DNA of 10,762 nt from positions 1 through 10,762 of the forward strand of contig JAYZAL010000056.1 in NCBI GenBank assembly GCA_036339735.1, read 5' to 3'. Of the stretch, positions 1 to 7,096 are shown one piece after another. Within the stretch, counting starts at the first letter, position 1. Each line of letters starts with the position of its first letter. A program made the position numbers and the translations under genes. This DNA is from Candidatus Poribacteria bacterium. Its GTDB lineage: Bacteria > Poribacteria > WGA-4E > UBA9662. The notes below the pieces were generated by a model. The model did not search any database. It saw only the letters and a program-made list of their open reading frames with translations, and was not told where the DNA came from.

Positions 1-735
1 CGACAGGCTTATGTGGGGCGATCTGCTTTCGCTCATAAGGGTGGGCTTCATACCGACGCGATTCGAAAGAACCGTCTGACTTATGAACATATTGATCCAG
101 AAAAGGTCGGTAATGAACAACGAATTTTGGTTTCTGAACAAGCTGGCCGTGGCACAATCCTGAAAAAAATTGAGAAAGAATATCCTGATCGAGACAAGAA
201 TTCACCTGAAATAATAGCCTTATTTGAGAGAATGAAAGAAGCAGAACGACAAGGTTACCAATACGAGGTGGCAGAAGCCTCATTTGAACTTATGACGGGA
301 GAAGTTTTTGGCCATTATCATCCATATTTCCAGTTGGTTGGTTTTCGAGTTATTGTGGAAGGTGCAAGTACGATTGATATGAAAGCAGAAGCTACAATCA
401 AAGTTACTGGACCAAGTGGTGAAACTGCACATACAGCAGCTGATGGAGATGGTCCTGTCAACGCCATGGATAACGCTCTGAGAAAGGCGTTAGAAAAATT
501 TTATCCTACACTAAAGAAAGTCCGGCTGACTAATTACAAAGTTCGTGTCTTAGATACTAAGGCTGGTACTGGAGCTAAGGTAAGAGTGCTATTGGAGGCT
601 AGTGATGGTACGGACTGGTGGGGTACTGTCGGAGTGTCTGAAAATATTATTCAGGCTAGTTGGGAAGCCTTGACTGAAAGTCTGGCCTATAAACTTTATA
701 AAGATCGATCTCTTAGAAGTTCGTCGCAAAACTAA
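1..735 (+). CDS. cimA: Citramalate synthase (LeuA/CimA family), 5'-truncated at window edge; C-terminal regulatory domain present
   Basis: Frame 1 is open from base 1 (RQAYVGRSAFAHKGGLH), so the GTG at 13 is internal. Motifs AFAHKGGxH, YEHIDPExVGN, GYQYExAEASFEL, EATIKV, GDGPVNAMDNALRKAL, YKVRVL and WGTVGVSENIIQASWEAL match the bacterial CimA subgroup of the isopropylmalate-synthase family. Confidence 0.88.
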   Translation, partial: RQAYVGRSAFAHKGGLHTDAIRKNRLTYEHIDPEKVGNEQRILVSEQAGRGTILKKIEKEYPDRDKNSPEIIALFERMKEAERQGYQYEVAEASFELMTGEVFGHYHPYFQLVGFRVIVEGASTIDMKAEATIKVTGPSGETAHTAADGDGPVNAMDNALRKALEKFYPTLKKVRLTNYKVRVLDTKAGTGAKVRVLLEASDGTDWWGTVGVSENIIQASWEALTESLAYKLYKDRSLRSSSQN

Positions 736-750
736 TCGTAGAGTAAACAA

Positions 751-2646
751 ATGCCTGTCCATATTTTGCCACCAGAGATTTCGAATAAAATCGCTGCCGG
801 TGAGGTCGTCGAGCGACCTGCATCGGTTGTTAAAGAATTGGTCGAAAATGCTATCGACGCTGAGAGTAGCAGTATTCAAATTGATATTCAGGCTGGAGGA
901 AAACGGCTAATTCGTGTTTCAGATAACGGTCACGGGATGTCTAAAGAAGATGCCACACTGGCTGTCGAGCGACACGCTACCAGCAAACTGTCTGAAATTG
1001 ACGATTTACAAAAATTACAAACGTTTGGTTTTCGGGGAGAAGCTCTACCTTCTATTGCTTCGGTATGCAAATTAGAATTACAGACGCGATTACATCAGGC
1101 CCTGGCTGGCACCGAAATTCTAGTTGATGGTGGTATTTTTCAGAAAGTTCAAGAAAGTGGTTGCTCGCCCGGCACACAGATTTCAATTAACAATCTATTT
1201 TATAATGTGCCGGCACGTCTCAAATTTCTCAAGACCGAAATGACGGAGATGAGTCATATTACCAAACAAGTAAGTTGGGCTGCTTTAGCTCACCCAGATA
1301 TTAGCTTCTTACTCCAACACAATCAGAAGAAAGTTATCGATGTGCGGCCATGTGAAGATCTGACACAAAGAATTCGATTGTTATACGGTAAAGAAATGAC
1401 TGAGAATTTAGTTGAGATCGAGGCTGAATTGCCTAACTTTCACTTACATTGCTGGCTGGGTAAGCCCAATGTTAATAAGTCGAATCGGAACTGGCAGCTG
1501 TTTTTTCTTAATCGGCGGCCAATACGAAGCAAAATCTTGAGTGGTGCACTGACTGAAGCCACTCGCCAAACCATGCCCAAAGGTCGTCATGCAGTAGCCT
1601 TTATTTTCTTGACTATGGATACAGAAGAAGTGGACGTCAATGTTCATCCTGCTAAGATCGAGGTTCGATTTCGCGATGAGCGATCTGTATATTCCCAGGT
1701 GGTCAAGCTACTCAATAAAGGTATATACCAAACAAAGTTCATACCCGTTGTTGACTCAACAGGAGTTGACACGACAGAAAATGATACATTTGAACGCCCA
1801 GCGCAATTTGGAAAAGTAGGAGAAAGAACTTTTCGTTCTTCATCAATTAAGTCATCTAGACCAATTACAACTGAGCCTTCTCTTGGTTTTGGCTCATCAG
1901 TATCCAGGTTGCCAACCCCCTCGTCCTTTACTCCTCCTTCTCATACAGAATCACCACCTGAGATAAAAGTTTCGGAAAACAGCCAGCAGATAATAGATGT
2001 TAAGACAAATATTCAGCCACCAGATATAGATATCAATCCAGAAGCAACCTTGGAACTACTTGATTATCAAGAATTGCAGCTGAAAGCTAACCTATTCAAT
2101 ACTTACATCCTAGCCGAGGCAAAAGATCAATTACTTCTAATTGACCAGCATGTTGCTTCTGAACGGGTTCTTTATGAAAGGCTGGTTAACCAAATTCGAG
2201 ACGACGGAGTACCAAGCCAAGGGCTTTTATTGCCAATTACAATCGAACTAACACCACCTCAGCTCAGTGTATTCGATCAAGAAAAAGACCTGTTTGATCA
2301 ACTAGGATTTGAGATTGAGAAATTCGGTGGGCAAACGCTAATAGTGAGGAGTATCCCCTCAATGATGCCGAATAGTATAGTATCTACAACTGTAACAGAC
2401 TTAATCGACCATTTATCCGATTCGGCTAATGGTGGTGTTGAAGTGTTGGATGTACATGATCAAGTAATGACTATGTTGTCGTGCAAATCAGCTATAAAAG
2501 CTGGGGACCGACTTCAGATGGAAGAAATGATCCATTTAGTCAAAGAACTATCGCAGGCAAAGCACCCATTCAATTGTCCACATGCACGTCCCATAATTAT
2601 TCAAATTACTCAAAGAGAATTAGAAACACGGTTTAAACGACGCTAA
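751..2646 (+). CDS. mutL: DNA mismatch repair endonuclease MutL
   Basis: GHKL ATPase motifs IAAGEVVERPASVVKELVENAIDA, DNGHGM and TFGFRGEALPSI; VDVNVHPAKIEVRF; a Ser/Pro/Thr-rich linker; C-terminal DQHxxxERxxYE, QxLLxP, SCK and CPHxRP motifs. Confidence 0.97.
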   Translation: MPVHILPPEISNKIAAGEVVERPASVVKELVENAIDAESSSIQIDIQAGGKRLIRVSDNGHGMSKEDATLAVERHATSKLSEIDDLQKLQTFGFRGEALPSIASVCKLELQTRLHQALAGTEILVDGGIFQKVQESGCSPGTQISINNLFYNVPARLKFLKTEMTEMSHITKQVSWAALAHPDISFLLQHNQKKVIDVRPCEDLTQRIRLLYGKEMTENLVEIEAELPNFHLHCWLGKPNVNKSNRNWQLFFLNRRPIRSKILSGALTEATRQTMPKGRHAVAFIFLTMDTEEVDVNVHPAKIEVRFRDERSVYSQVVKLLNKGIYQTKFIPVVDSTGVDTTENDTFERPAQFGKVGERTFRSSSIKSSRPITTEPSLGFGSSVSRLPTPSSFTPPSHTESPPEIKVSENSQQIIDVKTNIQPPDIDINPEATLELLDYQELQLKANLFNTYILAEAKDQLLLIDQHVASERVLYERLVNQIRDDGVPSQGLLLPITIELTPPQLSVFDQEKDLFDQLGFEIEKFGGQTLIVRSIPSMMPNSIVSTTVTDLIDHLSDSANGGVEVLDVHDQVMTMLSCKSAIKAGDRLQMEEMIHLVKELSQAKHPFNCPHARPIIIQITQRELETRFKRR

Positions 2647-2743
2647 TTAATTTGCTTAAATCTGTTTTTAGCGTGATCTTCTGTAATAAGTCATCAAAGT
2701 TTTTGCAATACGGAAGCAAAGTTTATCAATTTCCGTTAGGATA

Positions 2744-2915
2744 ATTGGATGCAAACACTTTAGGTGTAGGGTTGGCAGGTTCCCTAACGGTTTGCCAACC
2801 CCGTTACTTTATCTTGCCAACAGAATCACTGATCTTCACCAGATTCATCTTTCCCACTAACTAATCTCCTGATTTTGCTAAACCAAGACCAAATGTTAAT
2901 CAGTTTGCATCCAAT
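2744..2915. mobile_element. Candidate non-autonomous MITE-like element, 172 bp
   Basis: Perfect 13-bp inverted repeat ATTGGATGCAAAC (2744-2756) / GTTTGCATCCAAT (2903-2915), flanked by ATA on both sides (2741-2743, 2916-2918). No ORF in the provided track. Copy number elsewhere is unknown. Confidence 0.4.
2766..2801 (+). repeat. GTAG-tagged REP-like palindrome
   Basis: GTAG (2766-2769) leads into GGGTTGGCA (2769-2777) / TGCCAACCC (2793-2801), a perfect 9-bp stem. On the + strand it extends by four G-T pairs to a 7-nt loop. Confidence 0.55.
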
Positions 2916-2947
2916 ATACCGAAATTACTTTTCAAGACAAATGAGCA

Positions 2948-2979
2948 AACAACATCTTACTATTTGATAAGATATTATT
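2948..2979 (-). terminator. AU-rich hairpin 3' of the oxidoreductase gene (possible weak terminator or 3' stabilising stem)
   Basis: Minus strand reads AATAATATCTTA-TCAAATAG-TAAGATGTTGTT, a 12-bp stem with two G-U pairs that form only on the minus strand. It lies about 50 nt past the stop codon. The U-tail is poor. Confidence 0.3.
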
Positions 2980-3031
2980 GAAATACTATCAGAGACAAGA
3001 TGAGAGACTCTAATGTGTATAGAAAGTGTTA

Positions 3032-4027
3032 CTAGAGTGGGAAATCAATTGATTTTCCCTGCTCGTTAGACATGTAAAATCCTTGCATTAATTCGGTCAG
3101 ATCACGACCGTCTTGAATGGTAATTGACATCGGTTTGTCACGCAAAATGTCATCAATCCACTGTTGCATAGGGGACGCCAGCGCTGGTGGACTATCAGCT
3201 AAGTAAGCTTGACGAGCTTCATCATCTAATTTTCGGCTTTCGAAATGTAATTCTCCATGTCCTATAGCAATTGACCCTTCAGTACCATATATTTCTGTCA
3301 TATTGGGTCCGGATCGATGAACCCAAGAACAGTCAACAATACCGAGAGCTTTGTTCTCAAATTCAACGATTGAAATACTGTTATCGTCAATAGGGTAACT
3401 TTCAGAAAAGTTGTTCATCAAAGACATCGTGCGTTTGGGGGTACCAAGTAACCAACGCATACGGTAAACAGGATGACAACCCAAATCGAATAAAGCACCG
3501 CCGCCCGCGCGATCTGCATCTGCAAACCAGGCACTTGAGCCACTAAACCACTTGTCAAGACCTGCGCTATGGGCAATACGAAAGCGACCAAAGGTAATAT
3601 CACCAAGCAAACCGTCATCGACCACTTTTTTGACCAATTGGATCCCTTCATCGCATCGTTGGGGCATAGAGATCATAAATTTAACACCAGCTTTTTCTAC
3701 TGCATCGATTATTTGGTCGCAACCATCCACGTCAATAGCTAATGCTTTTTCAGTAAAGATATGCTTGCCGGCTTCAGCAGCTGCCACCATCACTTTTGGG
3801 TGATCGGAGGTAATAGCATCAACAACCACTGCATCGATATCATCTCGGCCTAAAATTTGATCTAAGTCATCGTAATAGGGAACATCGTAGTCTTCGGCAG
3901 CTTGTTTCCCACCGTACTCCTCCTCATCCCAAATAGCAACCAGTTCGGTTTCAGCATTATCTCGAACCTGATTAACATAACCTCTAGCATGGACGTGTGC
4001 CATACTTAACTTTGCAATTCGAATCAT
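3032..4027 (-). CDS. Gfo/Idh/MocA family NAD(P)-dependent oxidoreductase
   Basis: N-terminal Rossmann strand IRIAKLSMAHVHA, DIDAVVV, AAAEAGKHIFTEKA, GLLGDIT and GGGALFDLGCH; strong RBS upstream. Confidence 0.93.
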   Translation of the reverse strand: MIRIAKLSMAHVHARGYVNQVRDNAETELVAIWDEEEYGGKQAAEDYDVPYYDDLDQILGRDDIDAVVVDAITSDHPKVMVAAAEAGKHIFTEKALAIDVDGCDQIIDAVEKAGVKFMISMPQRCDEGIQLVKKVVDDGLLGDITFGRFRIAHSAGLDKWFSGSSAWFADADRAGGGALFDLGCHPVYRMRWLLGTPKRTMSLMNNFSESYPIDDNSISIVEFENKALGIVDCSWVHRSGPNMTEIYGTEGSIAIGHGELHFESRKLDDEARQAYLADSPPALASPMQQWIDDILRDKPMSITIQDGRDLTELMQGFYMSNEQGKSIDFPL

Positions 4028-4033
4028 AAGAAT

Positions 4034-4038
4034 CCTCC
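4034..4038 (-). promoter_or_regulatory. Shine-Dalgarno GGAGG of oxidoreductase
   Basis: CCTCC at 4034-4038 on +, 6 nt from the minus-strand ATG at 4027. Confidence 0.85.
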
Positions 4039-4098
4039 AAAAAATAAAACTAACAACTGAGTGATTATCTTAAACAGACCATCCTCAGTTTGAAAACT

Positions 4099-4107
4099 AT
4101 TATACCA
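4099..4107 (-). promoter_or_regulatory. Extended -10 sigma70-type promoter (TGGTATAAT) for oxidoreductase
   Basis: ATTATACCA on + gives a perfect TGnTATAAT on the minus strand, about 70 nt upstream of the start codon. There is no good -35 at 17-bp spacing. Confidence 0.6.
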
Positions 4108-4315
4108 TTGACTCATAAATTAGACTTCACGAGAGATGAGTTCAATTCCTATAAATAGTGAAATTCGTATTACTTAGCATAATAATGAGTTAATGATCCA
4201 ATCACTTAACAAACCCACCTTAGTTTTTTATATCAATTATAATCTCGAATTATATGTTATGAACAATCTATGATTTTGTAATATTTAGGCGACATGAAAA
4301 AAATAACACAAATGG

Positions 4316-4349
4316 ATGGCAAAAAGACGTAATAACCAGCAGGTATTAT
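4316..4349 (+). promoter_or_regulatory. Putative Pho-box-like direct repeat plus -10 element
   Basis: ATGGCAA-AAAG-ACGTAAT (4316-4333) matches 12/18 to the E. coli-type CTGTCAT-A(A/T)A(A/T)-CTGT(C/A)A(C/T) consensus. It is followed by 10 nt and then TATTAT (4344-4349). The match is degenerate and the background is AT-rich. Confidence 0.35.
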
Positions 4350-4395
4350 TCGCTTCTAAATTATTATTAGCGGAGAAAAGATCAAATATACCTGG

Positions 4396-7056
4396 ATGAA
4401 GTCGACTATAACAGCTATCTCATTACGTCCTTTTTCTTACCAATTAGTTTCTATGCTGGCTTTTTTTAGCCTAATTGGTTTTGGATTTAATTCAAGATTA
4501 GTTGCACAAGAAAAAGAAGTTATTACTGGCATTTCAAATGTACTCGCGAGGTATAAATCTATTCGAATGAGTCCAATTCGCCTATATCTACGGCCCAGTA
4601 AGGCTACCGAAATCGGATTACTGAAGCAACGGCAAAAAAGTAAGGTATTCGAGGATAATATCAGTACTGAGTTAATGAGTAAGATGCCGGTTTCAGATGC
4701 TGGAGATGCGCTAAAGAGGGTTACAGGTATTAGTGTTGTGGGTGGTAAATATGTTTACGTTAGAGGCCTAGGCGAGCGTTACAGTAATACGCTGCTGAAT
4801 GAGGTAGAAGTACCAAGTCCGGAACCTACAAGACGAGTGGTACCAATGGACATTTTTCCCGCCAACTTAATTCAGAGCCTACAAGTGATGAAGACATTTT
4901 CCCCTGATCAGCCGGGTAGTTTTGCCGGAGGATCGGTACAGGTTCATACAAAAGATTTTCCTGACAAACGGACATTATCATTTTCGGCTTCAACCGGTCT
5001 AAATAGCGGCGTAACTGGGAAAGATACCCTTAGATATGATGGAGGCAAATTCGATTTTCTGGGATTTGACGATGGTAGTCGTGAAATCCCAAGATTAGTT
5101 AGCAAGTATGCTAGTCAAATTCCAATTAGAGAAAGAGGCCTATTCTCTAAACAGGGATTTAGTGCTGCCGACATTGCCGTTTTGGGAAAGACATTCAATA
5201 ACGAATGGACACCATACCAATCGGTTGCGCCAGCCAATCAGGGATACAAGTTCACCTATGGGGACACATCTACTGTCTGGGGCAAACAAATTGGATATCT
5301 AGCCATCCTTTCATATTCCAATAGCTACAGTAATCGCCAAGAAGTCCGTAACACCTTTACTCTTAAGGGTGTTGATCAGCAAGGAAGCGCGTTATTGGCG
5401 CCTTACACTGAGTACAAAGTTGAACGGAGTATTAATGATGTCATGTGGGGTGGTGTCTTGAATGCAAGTTTACGCTTCAATGAAAGTCATATAACTAGTC
5501 TAAAAACCATCTTCAGTCACAATGGAGATAATCAAGCACGAACATGGGAAGGGTATAACATGGATCGGGCTACCGATATGAAGAGTGCTAGGCTGATGTT
5601 CGTTGAACGCCAACTGGTCTCTAGTCAATTATCAGGAAACCACAAATTTGGACAATTAAATCTTGGAGCCTCAGACACAGAAATAAAACAAAGATCCCAA
5701 CTAACATGGCGCCTAGCTCTATCTCGCGCCAAAAGGGATCAGCCAGATACCCGAGAAATGGTTTACGAAAGGGGGGACCTTGATCTTTGGTATTTTAGAG
5801 ATATTACGCAGAGTGGTTGTCATTTTTTCTTCGATTTAGAAGACGTAGAAATCAGTGGCCGGGTTGATTGGAGATGGTGGTTTAATTCAGAGACAGAGTT
5901 AAAAGTGGGCGGACTATATCGAGATCGGAATCGTGACTTTGATGCTCGACGTTTTCGATTTCTACCGGCGGACGGCATCGACGATCGCGGTATTGACTTA
6001 ACTTGGCCGGGTGAAAAGTTGTTTGCCAAAGAGAATATTGCGCCGCGAATTTTTGAGCTCCGTGAATCGACACTGGCAACTGATAATTATACCGCTGCCC
6101 ACAGAGTTGGATCTGCTTATACTATGCTCAGCTTGCCTATTAGTAAAAAAATTCAACTTTCTACCGGTATCAGAATGGAGGATTCTCGCCAAAGTGTGAC
6201 AACCTTCGATCCCTTTGCTGCTGAGTTGGTTCCCATTGTGGCAGAGATTGACAAAGCCGACTTTCTACCCGGCATCAACCTAATATACCAACTCACAGAT
6301 CAAGCCAATTTACGGACCGCTGTGTCCCGAACTTTAACCCGTCCAGACCTGAGGGAAATGGCTCCCTTCGAATTTACCGATTTTGTTGGAGGAAGGACAG
6401 AGCTAGGGGACCCAGACCTGAAACAAACAACCGTGGATAATTATGACCTTCGTTGGGAATTCTTCCCACAGTCAGGTGGTGTAGTCTCTGTTAGTACTTT
6501 CTACAAGCAATTTACGAATCCAATTGAACAAATCGTAGTACCAGCTGCAGAAGTGCGCATCACATATGCCAATGCTGAACGTGCTAATAACTACGGAATA
6601 GAGTGTGAGTTTCGACGTAATTTCTCTTTCATTCATCCTGCATTGAAAAATTATTCAATTAACTCTAATTTGGCATGGATAAACTCGAAAGTTAAATTAC
6701 CCGACCGTGGTTCGCAGACCAGTTCAGAGCGAGCGCTGCAAGGCCAATCGCCATACGTAATAAACCTAACATTGGCTTATGATAGCGAAAATAGTGGAAT
6801 CACTTCTATGCTAACTTTTCATCAATCGGGAGAAAGAATATCAGAAGTCGGTAATAACGGCATTCCGGATGTTTACGAGATGCCTAAATCACAGTTAGAT
6901 CTATCATTTAGCCGGAGGCTAGGTTCTAACATTAAAATTGGGTTCTCTGCCAAGAACCTGCTCAATCGAGATGTCATTTATAGCCAAGGTGGCGAAAATT
7001 ACCTAATTTATAACTTAGGTCGCTCATTTTCTATCAGTCTTGGTTATTCACTTTAG
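4396..7056 (+). CDS. TonB-dependent outer-membrane receptor
   Basis: Signal-like N-terminus (LVA|QE); plug motifs DAGDALKRVTGISVVGGKYVYVRGLGERYS and VMKTFSPDQPGSFAGGSV; barrel motifs RPDLREMAPF, GDPDLKQTTVDNYDLRWEFFP, AKNLLN; terminal amphipathic strand GRSFSISLGYSL. The exact start codon is uncertain. Confidence 0.95.
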   Translation: MKSTITAISLRPFSYQLVSMLAFFSLIGFGFNSRLVAQEKEVITGISNVLARYKSIRMSPIRLYLRPSKATEIGLLKQRQKSKVFEDNISTELMSKMPVSDAGDALKRVTGISVVGGKYVYVRGLGERYSNTLLNEVEVPSPEPTRRVVPMDIFPANLIQSLQVMKTFSPDQPGSFAGGSVQVHTKDFPDKRTLSFSASTGLNSGVTGKDTLRYDGGKFDFLGFDDGSREIPRLVSKYASQIPIRERGLFSKQGFSAADIAVLGKTFNNEWTPYQSVAPANQGYKFTYGDTSTVWGKQIGYLAILSYSNSYSNRQEVRNTFTLKGVDQQGSALLAPYTEYKVERSINDVMWGGVLNASLRFNESHITSLKTIFSHNGDNQARTWEGYNMDRATDMKSARLMFVERQLVSSQLSGNHKFGQLNLGASDTEIKQRSQLTWRLALSRAKRDQPDTREMVYERGDLDLWYFRDITQSGCHFFFDLEDVEISGRVDWRWWFNSETELKVGGLYRDRNRDFDARRFRFLPADGIDDRGIDLTWPGEKLFAKENIAPRIFELRESTLATDNYTAAHRVGSAYTMLSLPISKKIQLSTGIRMEDSRQSVTTFDPFAAELVPIVAEIDKADFLPGINLIYQLTDQANLRTAVSRTLTRPDLREMAPFEFTDFVGGRTELGDPDLKQTTVDNYDLRWEFFPQSGGVVSVSTFYKQFTNPIEQIVVPAAEVRITYANAERANNYGIECEFRRNFSFIHPALKNYSINSNLAWINSKVKLPDRGSQTSSERALQGQSPYVINLTLAYDSENSGITSMLTFHQSGERISEVGNNGIPDVYEMPKSQLDLSFSRRLGSNIKIGFSAKNLLNRDVIYSQGGENYLIYNLGRSFSISLGYSL

Positions 7057-7096
7057 TAATTAAATAAATTAGAAAAAATAGAAGAGGAATGTTTTC

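Noticed and set aside
13-15. GTG start called for the first ORF
   Set aside because: The frame is open from base 1 and the catalytic TIM-barrel domain is missing, so the gene starts upstream of the window.
589-1647. Minus-strand ORFs 589-879 and 1444-1647
   Set aside because: Antisense shadows of cimA/mutL with no recognisable motifs.
2695-2724. CAAAGTTT direct repeat and GCAAA motifs resembling a c-di-GMP riboswitch
   Set aside because: No GNRA-capped stem or correct pairing, and the site lies between convergent 3' ends with no gene to regulate.
2728-2926. 6S RNA, tRNA or CRISPR interpretation of the intergenic structure
   Set aside because: The inner hairpin is asymmetrically placed with no rod or central bubble; no cloverleaf; no regularly spaced repeats.
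3418-3803. ORFs 3418-3651 (-) and 3552-3803 (+)
   Set aside because: Wholly inside the oxidoreductase gene, in an alternative frame or antisense.
4236-4243. Palindromic ATTATAAT giving TATAAT on both strands
   Set aside because: No -35 or TG extension on the + strand, and expected by chance in this AT-rich spacer.
4372-4398. GGAG followed by in-frame ATC (4381) as a non-canonical receptor start
   Set aside because: GGAG is 20 nt from the ATG and 5 nt from the ATC, but there is no independent support for a non-canonical start.
5108-6199. Five short ORFs within the receptor gene
   Set aside because: Alternative-frame or antisense overlaps of an intact, motif-complete receptor.
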